DNA from: Octopus sinensis | Taxonomy: Eukaryota | Assembly (NCBI RefSeq): GCF_006345805.1 | Contig: NC_043015.1 | Coordinates: 34,472,001-34,536,000, forward strand | Reading direction: 5' to 3' | DNA length: 64,000 bases | Shown: positions 25,554 through 37,650 of the stretch, in pieces | How positions within the stretch are numbered: the stretch's first letter is position 1 | How the letters are laid out: every line of letters begins with the position of its first letter | Position numbers and translations under genes: made by a program | The notes under the pieces: model-generated | Database searches by the model: none | What the model was told of the DNA's origin: nothing | The model's input: the letters and a program-made list of their open reading frames with translations, nothing else

Positions 25554-25610
25554 GGACCACTGATGAGGTCACAGAAGAGTGATGAAAGAACTCTGGCCGA
25601 AATATGATTA
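25554..25610 (+). ncRNA. Hammerhead-like core with intact stem II and degenerate stems I/III
   Basis: CTGATGA (25560-25566), GGTC/GGCC with inner AGAGT/ACTCT pairing, GAAA (25599-25602). Confidence 0.45.
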
Positions 25611-25709
25611 ACGTAAAAATAAGATAATGCCGAAGCAAATTAACACCAAATATATAGTGCATGTGTTTTATTGGCTAAACTGGCAACATGACCATCCCCA
25701 AATACAACA

Positions 25710-25778
<69 letters not shown>

Positions 25779-25925
25779 GTATGTATGTATATATGTATGT
25801 ATGTATATATATATGTATGTATGTATATATATGTATGTATGTATATATATATGTATGTATGTATGTATATATATATATATGTATGTATATACACACGCAT
25901 ACATACATGCATATATATATATATG

Positions 25926-25964
<39 letters not shown>

Positions 25965-26018
25965 ATATGTATGTATATACACATGCATACATACATGCAT
26001 ATATATATATATATATAT

Positions 26019-27186
26019 GTTGTTCAAAGATACCCTAAATTCCCTACGAAATATTTTCTCTCTCTCTTATTTATATTACATTCTTCTCGAACCCCGAAGT
26101 TTCTAGATGTTCAGTAATTTCTGTCGCAGAAAATTCCCTACGTATTAACTTAAAACCTGTTGTTCAAAGATACCCTAAATTCCCTACGAAATATTTTCTC
26201 TCTCTCTTATTATATTACATTCTTCTCGAACCCCGAAGTTTCTAGATGTTCAGTAATTTCTGTCGCAGAAAATTCCCTACGTATTAACTTAAAACCTGTT
26301 GTTCAAAGATACCCTAAATTCCTACGAAATATTTTCTCTCTCTCTTATTTATATTACATTCTTCTCGAACCCCGAAGTTTCTAGATGTTCAGTAATTTCT
26401 GTCGCAGAAAATTCCCTACGTATTAACTTAAAACCTGTTGTTCAAAGATACCCTAAATTCCCTACGAAATATTTTCTCTCTCTCTTATTATATTACATTC
26501 TTCTCGACCCCGAAGTTTCTAGATGTTCAGTAATTTCTGTCGCAGAAAATTCCCTACGTATTAACTTAAAACCTGTTGTTCAAGATACCCTAATTCCCTA
26601 CGAAATATTTTCTCTCTCTCTTATTTATATTACATTCTTCTCGAACCCCGAAGTTTCTAGATGTTCAGTAATTTCTGTTGCAGAAAATTCCTTACGAATT
26701 AAACATGTTGTCCCTTAGCTCTCTCTCTCTCTCTTCCTTCCCCCCTCTCTCTTTCCTCATGCTTCCACCTGATAATCCCCCCCCAATCCCTAACTCTTTA
26801 TAAAGCAGTGTTCGATTTATCTCGTCCCTCTTCTCGATTCTACATCTTGCTGACAAAACACTGACTCGAAAAATGACCAGCTAAGCGAATTTAACTTACA
26901 ACCTGTCATTCATATTCATTTTTTAAGCGTTGATTCGTAACCCTAAATCCCGTTTCTCTATTATTTGTTTCGCCATCTTGTATGCATGGCTTCCTGTCTG
27001 TCATGCATTTTAAATTCCTCCTTTAATTTCAGTGTCATCCCGTTGTTATTCCATCCCCAGAATTCACTACAATATTCTCCCTCTCTCCTATTTATATTAT
27101 GTTTTAATCGAACCCCGAAGTTTCTAGATGTTCAGTAATTTCTGTCGCAGAAAATTCCCTACGTATTAACTTAAAACCTGTTGTTC
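26019..27186. repeat. 138-140-bp tandem repeat array: 5 clean units, a garbled stretch and a final clean partial unit
   Basis: Unit starts at 26019, 26159, 26298, 26437, 26575; unit-like words persist through 26713-27110; clean again 27110-27186. Confidence 0.9.
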
Positions 27187-27194
27187 CTTGGAGG

Positions 27195-27315
27195 TGACCC
27201 CGCCCTCCCACCCCTCTACCAGAACCGGAAGTTTCTGTTTTCTATCTTTCTTGACCCCGCCCTCCCACCCCTCTACCAGAACCGGAAGTTTCTGTTTTCT
27301 ATCTTTCTTGACCCC
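27195..27315 (+). promoter_or_regulatory. Two perfect 57-bp tandem units, each with a GC box and an ETS site (putative LINE promoter)
   Basis: Period 57 (27195, 27252, partial 27309); CCCCGCCC and ACCGGAAGT in each unit; function inferred. Confidence 0.45.
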
Positions 27316-27401
27316 CCCCCCGCACCCCTATGTAGGGTTTATTGTGATCATATAGCGCAAAAACTTTGAAATTTATGCAGGTTGTAGTCTAGAGTCTCAG
27401 T

Positions 27402-29456
27402 ATGATATCTGGCAAATGCAAGCTTTCTTTTCAGGTACAGAACACTGCGGCCCCTCATCCCAGGGTCTCAGAGGCCCACACCTCCCACACCCTCAGGGTA
27501 GGCACCCTCAACGTTGGCACATTGAAAGGTAGGTCTGGCGAGATAGTCGAGATGCTTGAACGGAGACGTGTTGATGTATGTTGTATGCAAGAAATAAGGT
27601 GGAGAGGAGGATCTGCTAGGGTCCTCACAGGCAAGGGACACAGGTACAAGATTTTCTGGGCAGGGAACACTGACGGGGTTGGTGGCGTGGGTATAATTAT
27701 CGCTGAGAAATGGATAGATAGAGTAATTGAGGTAATCAGAGTAAGTGACAGAATACTTAAGATTAGAATAGTGCTTCATAATAGATTAGCAACCATTATA
27801 TCGGCCTATGCCCCTCAGCCAGGGCTACCCGATGGACAGAAAGACAGTTTCTATGACACCCTACTGCAGACCACCTCATCGACGAACGACAGGGACCTTC
27901 TCTTGTGGCTGGTGATTTCAATGGGCATGTTGGACGACATGCTGGGGGCTTCCATGGCGTACATGGAGGCTACGGTTATGGTTCCCGCAACGAGGAGGGA
28001 ACCAGGCTGCTGGAGTTCTGTGATGCGAATAGTCTTATGGTCTGCAACACTAACTTCAGGAAACCAACAAGCCACCTGGTCACCTACCGATCGGGCCGGC
28101 ATACTAGCCAAATCGACTACATCCTTGCCAGAAAAAGGGAAAGATGGCTGCTTAAAAATGCCAAAACCTTCCCAGGCGAAGAATGCACCCCACAACATAG
28201 ACTGGTAGTTAGTGACTTTAGGATCAGGACTAAGAGGGCGACTAGAAGACGACCAACATGGAGAAGAAGGGTCTGGAAGCTTAAAGCCCCTGCGAATGGA
28301 CAGAGATTTAGAGATATGTTACTTGAAGCCTTTGACGAAGTGGAAGGGGGTATAGCTACACATGGGGTAGAAGACAACTGGACGTTTCTGAGGGACAACC
28401 TGCTGAAAGCCGCTGACCAGATCTGTGGCTGGTGCAAAGTCCCCTTAAGACCCAAAATAACGTGGTGGTGGAACAATATTGTTGACAGGGCTATTAGACA
28501 AAAGAAACAGGCTTGGAAGGCCTGGAAGAACGGTGGTAGCAGGGAAGGGTATCAGACTGCCAGAAGGGAAGCTAGGAGACAGGTCTATCTAGCCAGAGGG
28601 GAAGCAGATAAGAGAAAATTTGCCAATGTCCTGCGCCGTGAGGATGAAAGACTTGAGGTATTTCGTGTTGCAAGACAGTGTGTGAGAGAGAATCGTGATG
28701 TGGTAGGAGAGAAATGTGTTCGCATGGAGGATGGTTCACTTGCGCTAAATGAGGATGCAAAGAGAGAAGCTTGGAGACGCCACTATGAAAGGTTACTGAA
28801 TGAGGAAAATGAATGGGATAAAGAGAGTCTGCCGAATGTTGACCCTACAGAGGGACCAGCTATCCGAGTTGATAGTTCCGTGGTAGCTAAGGCAATTAGA
28901 AGCATGAAGACAGGGAAAGCCCCAGGCCCATCAGGAATTACTGCAGAGATGCTCAAAATATCTGGCAGTGTCGGCTATAACCTAGTCACCCGTATAGTCA
29001 ACAGGTGATACACGAAGGAGTCATACCCAATGACTGGTGCAGCAGCATACTAGTCAACTGCTACAAAGGTAAAGGTGATGCCCTAGATACAAATAATTAC
29101 AGAGGTATCAAGCTGTTGGATCAAGTAATGAAGGTTACGGAGAGGGTCATAGCCCAACTAATCAGAGAGAGAGTTAGTTTAGATGAGATGCAGTTTGGGT
29201 TCGTGCCAGGAAAAAGTACCACTGATGCTATATTCCTGGTAAGGCAGCTGCAGGAGAAATACCTAGCCAAAGATAAGCCCCTGTACCTGGCTTTCGTTGA
29301 CATGGAGAAAGCTTTTGATAGGGTCCCCCGATCCCTTATCTGGTGGTCAATGAGGAAACTAGGGATAGATGAATGGCTGGTGAGGACTGTGCAAGCCATG
29401 TACAGAGATGCCGTAAGTAAGGTTAGGGTTGGCAACATGTACACAGAAGAATTCAG
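27402..29456 (+). mobile_element. RTE-clade LINE, 5' portion (AP endonuclease + N-terminal RT), 3'-truncated, two 1-nt frameshifts
   Basis: VGTLNVGTL...DVCCMQEIRW, AGDFNGHVG, IDYIL (APE); NYRGIKLL, QFGFVPGKSTTDAIF, AFVDMEKAFDRVPR (RT); breaks after MYTEEF, before the GVxQG and YADD motifs. Confidence 0.95.
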
Positions 29457-29917
29457 CTGAGTGAGATTATGGAGTTAATCTGAGTGGAAGATTAAATCTA
29501 CCATTCAGAAGAAAAAGCTTGTAGATCTGGGGAAACAAGGTGAGGTTAATATGATTTGTAAGTTGAGACAAATTAGGGATGAGAGGAGGAGGCGTGTTGG
29601 GTGGGTGTATCTGAAGGATTGTGTTTGGGAGTGAGTCTTTGGCATTCAGTGGTTGGCTACTCTATACACATTTAATGATGTAGTGTGTGTATAGCAGTAA
29701 TAGTACTTGTTGGGGTGGAGGTACTGCTACCATTGCCCCAGGTAACTGAACTTGGTGAATGGTACCATGTTTAATAGACATCTACCCCTAACTGGGTTCT
29801 AGGTATTGGTCTAAGATATAAAATATAGCTGTAGAACATGGTTACATAGATATTGTGTACAACACACTGATAGATTAGAGTCAGTGGAAGTAGTTGCTGT
29901 TTATCTCCATGTATTCA

Positions 29918-31070
29918 TACAAGTTCTATTCAAAAAGCATCAGGACTGTTGCTATGGTAACGAAGTTAAAGCATTGAAAGGGAAGCCACAGATTGATTTT
30001 GAACTCTGTCATGCAGGCTTACTAAGTTTTAACATTGTCGCTCACTTCCATTGTTTATAGCAGTGCTTGGAAGTAAAGTGTGTGTAGAGTGTGGTTGTCT
30101 CACCACACCACAGGGGTTCCATTGGTGACCATGGCAGAGAAAACTGAGCAGAGTATCTACATTAGATTTTGCCAAAAGCTTGGTGATAACTGCACAGAAC
30201 CTTTGCAAAAAGTGTAAATAGAGGTGTGTACGAGTGGTTCAAACGTTTCCAAGATGGCTGAAACTGTCAACAGTGATGCACATTCTGAGAGACAGAACCG
30301 TGATGCAAACATTGCAGATGTAGATGCAGCTATTCAGAAAGACTGGCAAATCACTGTGTATGAGTTGTCAGAGGATGTGAACGTTAGTTACAGTTCATTC
30401 TCACAGATGATGTTGGTATGAGACTGCTTTCACTTGATCAAAAAGAAGATCGGATTTCTGCTGCCCAGGATCTCCTTGATTGTGGTGAGGAAGACAAAAC
30501 TCTTTGAAAATGGTCATAGCAGATGACGAACTGTGGGTCTATGGCTTTGATCATGAAACCAAGGCTCGTTCTTCACAGGGGAAGACTTCAATCCCACTGA
30601 GACTGAAGAAAGTATGAATGAGTTGAAGCAATGTGAAGACACTGTTGACCATTTTCTTTGACTACAAGGGCATTGTTCCTCATGAGTATGTTCCACTTAC
30701 TGGTCAAGAAGTACTACCATGACATGTTTCAGTGTTTGAGGGATGATATTCGCCAGAAAAGGACAAACTGCATGAATCCGGTGAGTGCAACTCCACATTA
30801 ACATTGCACCTTAACATTGCACCTTAACATTGCACCTTAACATTGCACCTTAACATTGCACCTGCCCATTCAACACAGTTTGCGCAGCAGTTTTTGGCCA
30901 AGCACAACATTCCCCAGATCTCATCCCTTGTCACTTTTACCTCTTTCTAAAAATCAAATCCCACTTGAAAGGAACAAGATTTCAAGATGTCAAAGAGATA
31001 CAAAAGAATGCAACAAGGCAAGTGCTCCCTGTCCCCTAAAAAGGAGTTCCAGGAATGCTTCATGGTATGA
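29918..31070 (+). mobile_element. Decayed mariner transposon
   Basis: MAEKTEQSIYIRFCQKLG start, TIR-like 'tacaagttctattcaaaaag', remnants of the catalytic domain; many indels. Confidence 0.75.
30798..30862. repeat. Five perfect copies of the 13-mer TTAACATTGCACC
   Basis: Direct reading. Confidence 0.95.
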
Positions 31071-31739
31071 TTTGATGGTGATTTAGCTGCTACTTCTAGC
31101 AGGTTTAGAGACCAAGTAGTAGTATCCTCGTTGATTCAGACCAAGAATAGGTTGAGTGTGGTGCATGCTTGTATATGTGTGTGTTAGGTGAGTGCTACGT
31201 TACTGTGGAAATTCACACATTATGGTGTGTGATGTCAGTGTGATGTTGCAAGTCAGTTTAGTGTTGTGATGTTGTATGTCTGAGATGAAATACATCAGAG
31301 CAGTCATTGTATGTCAGTGCAAAATATATTTTAAGTAATGTTGTACGTTTGTGTATCTGGTGCAAAACTTACTGGTTGTGTTTTAAATGTGAGGCAATCA
31401 CTTCTTTAGAGGGGAGAATAAGGAAATAGAATGGACTTGGGAGAGAGAGAGAGGAAGATCTTGCCAGTTTAGTTGCATTACTGGTGTATGATGGGGGATA
31501 GTGACTTATGATGTTATAGAACTTTATATAAAAATAAGGAAACAGGACATTGAAATATTTCTCCCTTCTATGAAGACATTTAACACTCGGAGTTAAATTG
31601 TTCCAGCTTGGATTTCAAACCAAAACAGATGTATTGGTTAATGAGGAAATAACAACTTGAACAAGAACAGCAGCAATAATTATAATTTGTGGTGGTTGTT
31701 AATTTTATTATTATTATTATTATTGTTTAAGAAATGATG

Positions 31740-31950
31740 AGCAGGCATGATCATTAGCAGGATGAAATGCTTTCGAGGCATTTCATCTGTTTTTATGTTC
31801 TGAGTTTAAATTCTGCTAAGGTTGACTTTGCCTTTCATCCTTTCAGGGGTCAATGAAATAAGTACCAGTTGTGCACTGGGGTCAATGTAATTGACTGGGC
31901 CCCTCCCACAATAATTTCAGGCTTTGTGCCCGTAGTAGAAAAGATTACTA
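31740..31950 (+). mobile_element. SINE family B
   Basis: Same body as 1813-2010; further copies at 46905-47097, 50342-50560, 50565-50720 and, inverted, 63440-63535. Confidence 0.75.
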
Positions 31951-33010
31951 TTATGATGATGATGAGGAGGATAACTGGTTGATGCTTTTAAGAATGAAAA
32001 ATAATAATACCTAGTTTTTGGGTTTTTTTTTTTTTAATTCATTCAGCTTTATTCATCTTTTAATCAATAATAAATGGAAATATTTAATGGAGATGAGAAT
32101 GAAAGAATCTGTGCTGCTGTTGCTGCTGATGATGATGAAGTTGATAATGATGATGGAGTAGAGTGCTTTATATTTGTTTTCAGTTTTAGTTATTGAAGAC
32201 TATTTTTTATAAACATTTTCCATCTCATTCTTCTTTTTTATTAAACATTGAAACATTTCCAAAATAATTCTCTTCGTTCCAAACTGATTTACTGTGGATA
32301 CGTTTCTGGCTGTATTCCTCTCCTTTATTGACTTTTCCCTCTTCGTTCTTGTTTCAAAGAAAAAATTATTTACTTTGTTTACTCTGCTGTTGTTATTAAT
32401 GCACCACTGTAAAATACTAAATTCTACCAAACTACCAGTCAGATGGATTGGATGGACTACATCGAGCAGTCCTTAACCCATTGTTGTAGGTAGTCACTGT
32501 TACAGTTTCAACATTTGATTTCTCTTAACTGCACACCAGATAATCATGGGAATTGATTGCATTCTGTTTCAAAACACTGGACCCTTTAGCATTGGGTCCC
32601 TATAAATTTGAACAGTAAGTTGTATATGACAAGGATATCAATTATGGTTAATTGCAAAATAAATTCATTTTCTGATTTAAGAATATAATGAAAAATATAG
32701 CCTAAAATTAATTTGATATGAATAAAGTGATTGCAATAGCTTCTGTTTCTTTACTGAGTTCCTTACTGACAGAAGTCATTGTTTCGTGATTATTGACCAA
32801 TGATGCCAAAAGATTCAAATATATTCCAGTTATTTCTGCCATTCTAATGAATTAAAGACGACCAAATTATGGATTCTGGAGTGTTTTCATCTATTTTTTT
32901 ATTGGGTAATAAAATTCTTCAGTAGGTAAAACTTTATTACAAATCTTAAAATATTGTTTTGAATCAAATCATGACCATTATGCTGTTCTCATAATTGACA
33001 ATATTAGGTT

Positions 33011-33365
33011 GTCATCATCATCATCATCGTTTAACGTCTGTTTTCCATGCTGGCATGGGTTGGACGGTTTGACTGAGGTCTGGAAAGCCAGGAGGTTGCA
33101 CCAGGCTCCAATCTGATCTGGCAATGTTTCTACAGCTGGATGCCCTTCCTAATGCCAACCACTCCGAGAGTGTAGTGGGTGCTTTTTACTTGCCATCAGC
33201 ACAGGAGCCAATCAAGCAAGCCTGGCATCGATCACTTTCAGATGGTGCTTTTTACTTGCCCCCAACATGGGAGCCAGTCAGGGGCCACTAGCATCGGTAC
33301 ATTCAGATGGTGCTTTTTACATGCTACCAGCATGGGAGCCAGCCAGGCAGACCTGACATCGACCA
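33011..33365 (-). mobile_element. RTE-type 3' tail (family C)
   Basis: (CAT)n-cgtttaacgtc...ctggatgcccttcctaatgccaacc; closely similar to 47733-48010. Confidence 0.8.
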
Positions 33366-36300
33366 CATCTCTTTCTCTCTCTCATTGCTCTTCCTTTCTT
33401 CTGCCTCCCACTCTTCTACCTCTCTCTCTCATTTTGTTTATATTTAAAAAACAAATCCCTACACTACAGTGAGAGCCTGACATTTGTAGGTATGTCTCTG
33501 TCCATGTGCCATCACTTCTGTAAACTATCTGAGGAAGCTACTCTGTGGTTGTTTGACCTACTAGAAATAATAGCTAAATCCTCCTCAAATTGTATTTTCA
33601 TGTCCTTATGGAATGGACATATTAAATAATGTAGTCCCAGATATCTTTAACAAGACGCTATGGTCATGCCTGGAATGTCATTGATCTTAAGTCTGCTTCA
33701 TCAGGGTTGACCAAAGGCCAAACAACAACCACGTGATTATAATTACAACTATACTCTCATTGTGTGAACCTCAATGTCATCATTCAATCTGCTTGAAATA
33801 GCTATCAAATCTTCCTCATATCATACTTTACACTTATAAAGAGGCAGATAATGTAGTCTTAGATAAACTGTCACTAAAATGTGGGATGGCCACCACTGGG
33901 ATGTCTCTTATCATTCGTTGGAGGGTTAACCAAGGCTAAACATTTTTTTTTTCCAATCCCGGAGGGAAGGGCAATATCCCTGAATCTTCCAGGGCCTTCG
34001 GTATCAATGGGAGGGAGGGAGGGAGGGAAGAAGGAAGTAACTCTCAATGTAGAGATCTGGTCCAAAAGTCTGCATCAGAGTGAATTTCATAAATGACCAG
34101 GTGGTAGTTTTAGAACAGGTGATATATAATGCACTTTGAAATCGAAAGTTTGCAGCAAATACTGCAAAACAGCTGATGTTTAAGCAATTTCACCTATCCA
34201 CCACCCTGGGCTGATACTTCAAAGAATAAAATGTAAAGTTGGCATTGCTGGGATTTGAACCCAGAAAGTATTGAACAGGAGTAAAAACCTTAAGCCATTT
34301 TGTCTTACACTCTGATCTTTCTGCTACTTCATTCAATCTCTTAATTACTCAATTGCAGAACTTCTTAACAAAATATTATCGTTTTGTTTAACCAAAAGAA
34401 TATGGATAAGTGTGTATATATGTATATATATGTGGAGAGAGGGATAGAAATCTGAATATATAACATGCTTTAGATGTCATTACATTTGCATATGTCAGCT
34501 ATTGATGGAGAAGAAAATAGCTATTAAATCTTTTTCTATGATATTTTATTTATGTTCTTATCTTATTTTCTGCTGCCAAACTTGGTTCATAAAAACAATT
34601 TAGAAGAGCAGAAAATAATGGATGCAGTTTGAGTTTATTTTTACATCCCTCAACTTAGATTGCTGTATTTATTAAACATATACATCCCACCTTCATCTCT
34701 CTCTCTCTCTCTCACTGCCATAGACATAAACTCTTAGACAAATTATTGTCTATTCAATGATAAACTCATTTTTTATGTTAGTTATTGTTATTTTTGCATT
34801 ACATTATATTGAAGATCTTCTATTGATATCAAACATTATTGGTCGGGTCTCAGTATTTCCTATCTCCTTCCTTTCCAAGACCAATTTTGTAGGTAGCTTT
34901 AATGAAAAGCAAAAGCATCCTGTCTGTTTAAAAAAAAATGCATCCCACTGATTTGCATATGTGTGTGGGGTTTGTGTTTGGGGGTTGCATGGGCATTTGT
35001 GTGTATATATCAAAATTTACCAAAATGTTATTGTACAAAAACAGAAAAAACAGCCCATTACATCCTGGGCAACCTCATGTTGCCGAGTGAAGTTATCTGA
35101 TGATGTGAGATTTCAGTGTGGAATAAAGTGGGATATTTTACATCAGACTTTATTGACACTGAGTATTAGAGGCGAAGATGCTTTTGTATTCTTTAACATA
35201 TTTGCAGAACAAGTATTTTCCAAAGGAAGACAAGTAAAAGGAAATAAATTGTAATCAGGGTATCTAAGTGGATTGACTCCTAGCAAATAGGTGTGAAATG
35301 TGAAGAATAGAAATCACCTGGTTTTATTGTTTAACCAGTTTAGGACATGTGGTTAACCATACAGAGCAGCCACTTTATGTATCTGTGTTTACTGCAGTTG
35401 AAGATATTTTATATTTAAGGAAAGGTGTGGCAAAAACCTATGTTATGCCACTGTTTTTACCAAAGAAAGGTGACACAGTGAGGGATAGAAATTCAATGAA
35501 AATTTTCTTTTCAAATCCGTGTAAACCCAATATTAGAAATGTAGCAACTTCATTTCTTTCTTTTCCCCGAACAATGAATCTTTTGCAATATATTCATTTC
35601 TTTCCCTTTTGTAATTATCTTTCTCTTTTTGTAAACATCTCTCAGTAGATTCAGGAACAACATGACATTCTTCAAGATGTCTAGAAGTATATTGTGTTTT
35701 CTTTTATTCTTTCTTTATGACAAATGCAGCATTCTAAATTCTTTACATTTGTTGGTAAGTGTTATAAGAAACTTTCTGCAAATCTTTGTCATTCTCCTCA
35801 GATTCACAATTTATACACAAGTTTATTTTTTTAATTCTAATCTTCAAATCAATTACTGACCTTTCCTCATCACTTCTTCTTCCTCCTCCTCTTTCACTTC
35901 ATATTTAGCATTTGATATCACCAATGCAATTTTTCCTATAGTCAGTACTTGATACCTTATCATATAGCATAGCATATATTTAGTATCTGATGCCAACGAT
36001 ATTGTTTATTACAAAAGCATATCATACACTCAACACCACCCGTACAGCTCATAACATTTCATACAAACTTCACTCAATTTGCCACACTTTATTATTCTTC
36101 TGGTTTATTTACTTATTTTTTTTTTTTGTTTATTTTGGTCAGCTCCAAGTAATAAATAGGAAAGCAATGTTATGTGTTGGCAATAAACTAGAATTGAATC
36201 CTTGACTGTAAAGGTGAAGAATGTGTACAGATCTTCTCTCATACGAAGCTGAATGACCAAAGTGACAAATGAAAGCTGCAGAAAAGTGATTAACCATCTT

Positions 36301-37299
36301 AATTTGATTGTTTATTGAGAAGGAATTCTCTGTTATTGGAAGTTCCTTTTGATATGGTAAATGTGGTGTTTTCACACAACTATAGGTGTGTGTGTGTGTG
36401 TGAAGAGATACAAAGGGTGAGAAGAAGAAAAAGAGCCAACAGTGAATAAATAGTTAGTATTTGCTAAAGACAGAAGTAGTCAAGGAAGTGACAACAGGGT
36501 ATTAGAGACATCAGTGGGAAGAAATGTGAATTGAACGGTGGAGGAGGGGGATGAGGAGGAGGAGGAAAGGGTAAAGAAAACAAAGGCAACATTTGAATAG
36601 TTGATTGTATTCCAACAGGCTTTTGATTGCTGGCACTGTATCAATGGCAGAACATACAAGATGACAAAGTGAATTAGAGACTATAATCCGGATAAGAAAG
36701 ACTGAGAAGTTATTGTCCAATGAAATGGATTCTGATCATTTCTCTCCACAGAACTGTCATCTTCATATGTTAAGGAGAGGAACAGACGGAGCCTAAGAAT
36801 CATTTCCTCTGATGGAAATACAGGAATTGATTGGTCTACAACTTATTATCACTCACGTCATCATTGTGTCATCGTCATTGTCCTGGTTATTACTGTTGTC
36901 ACCAGCCTCCTCTTCATAATCATCATCATCATCATGTCTTAATATAATTTACTTGCAGGACAACTAATTTATTTTTGCCATCTGAGCAGTTTCCAGGTGT
37001 GTGTGTGTGTGTGTGTGTGTGTGGCTAACTGGTTGATTGCTGGGTTTCATCAACCAACCTTCAAAGACCAAACTAACTCTCTTGTGTTAAAGCTGAAAAG
37101 AATAAAAAGAGATTGTCATTAACAAGTTTGCTCTATTGCACTTCTATACACATAGAATTAAAAAATAATATAGTTGCAATATGACCAATTAAGTACAAAT
37201 AAATATTGTTCTTAGATCAAATATTTATATTTAGGTAATGTTGATTCACCAAATGTTGAAACTGCAATCCACCTGGTGGTAGGTTTGGTTGTTTCAAAA

Positions 37300-37650
37300 T
37301 GCCTTCTTTCATCCGTCACTTTGTAATGAAATATCAATCACTGCCAGATTGGTCTACATTTGCAATAATCATCTCAAAAATAATGAATGATGTTGGAGCA
37401 ACATTGACTGGAGAGGCAAGTCTGTGCTGTTGAATAGCTCTGAACCATGGGTCACTGAACACAAGGAGCGGCTAAACTGCTTGAAACCAGGTCAGTCTGG
37501 AGCTTCAAGTAAACAGAAACTGGGATGAACAGAGTGGCCAGCCTCAGTTATTGTTGTGTTGGACACAGCATGGCAAGATGTTTAAAAAGTTGAATTTGCA
37601 GTAACGAGCTCTCATTTGATCTCACAACATGATCTCTTCTAGCACAAGTG
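37300..37650 (+). mobile_element. Decayed RTE-like 3' fragment
   Basis: KSVLLNSSEPWVTEHKERLNC resembles SVLLYGSETWT...RLN. Confidence 0.4.

Noticed and set aside
24616-26117. Many 60-160 aa ORFs rich in Y/I/M/C/V/H
   Set aside because: Translations of (TA)n/(CA)n/(TATG)n microsatellites
26019-26718. CRISPR-like array or repeat-protein ORFs in the 140-bp array
   Set aside because: Units are contiguous with no unique spacers, the context is eukaryotic, and indels break the frames
33670-33710. CTGATGA on the minus strand as a hammerhead core
   Set aside because: No stem II or downstream GAAA; lies within repeat family E
36752-36942. Possible terminal exon with a transmembrane helix (ELSSSYVKERNRR...VIVLVITVVTSLLFIIIIIMS*)
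   Set aside because: The hydrophobic part comes from (ATC/GTC)n simple repeats; only an acceptor supports it
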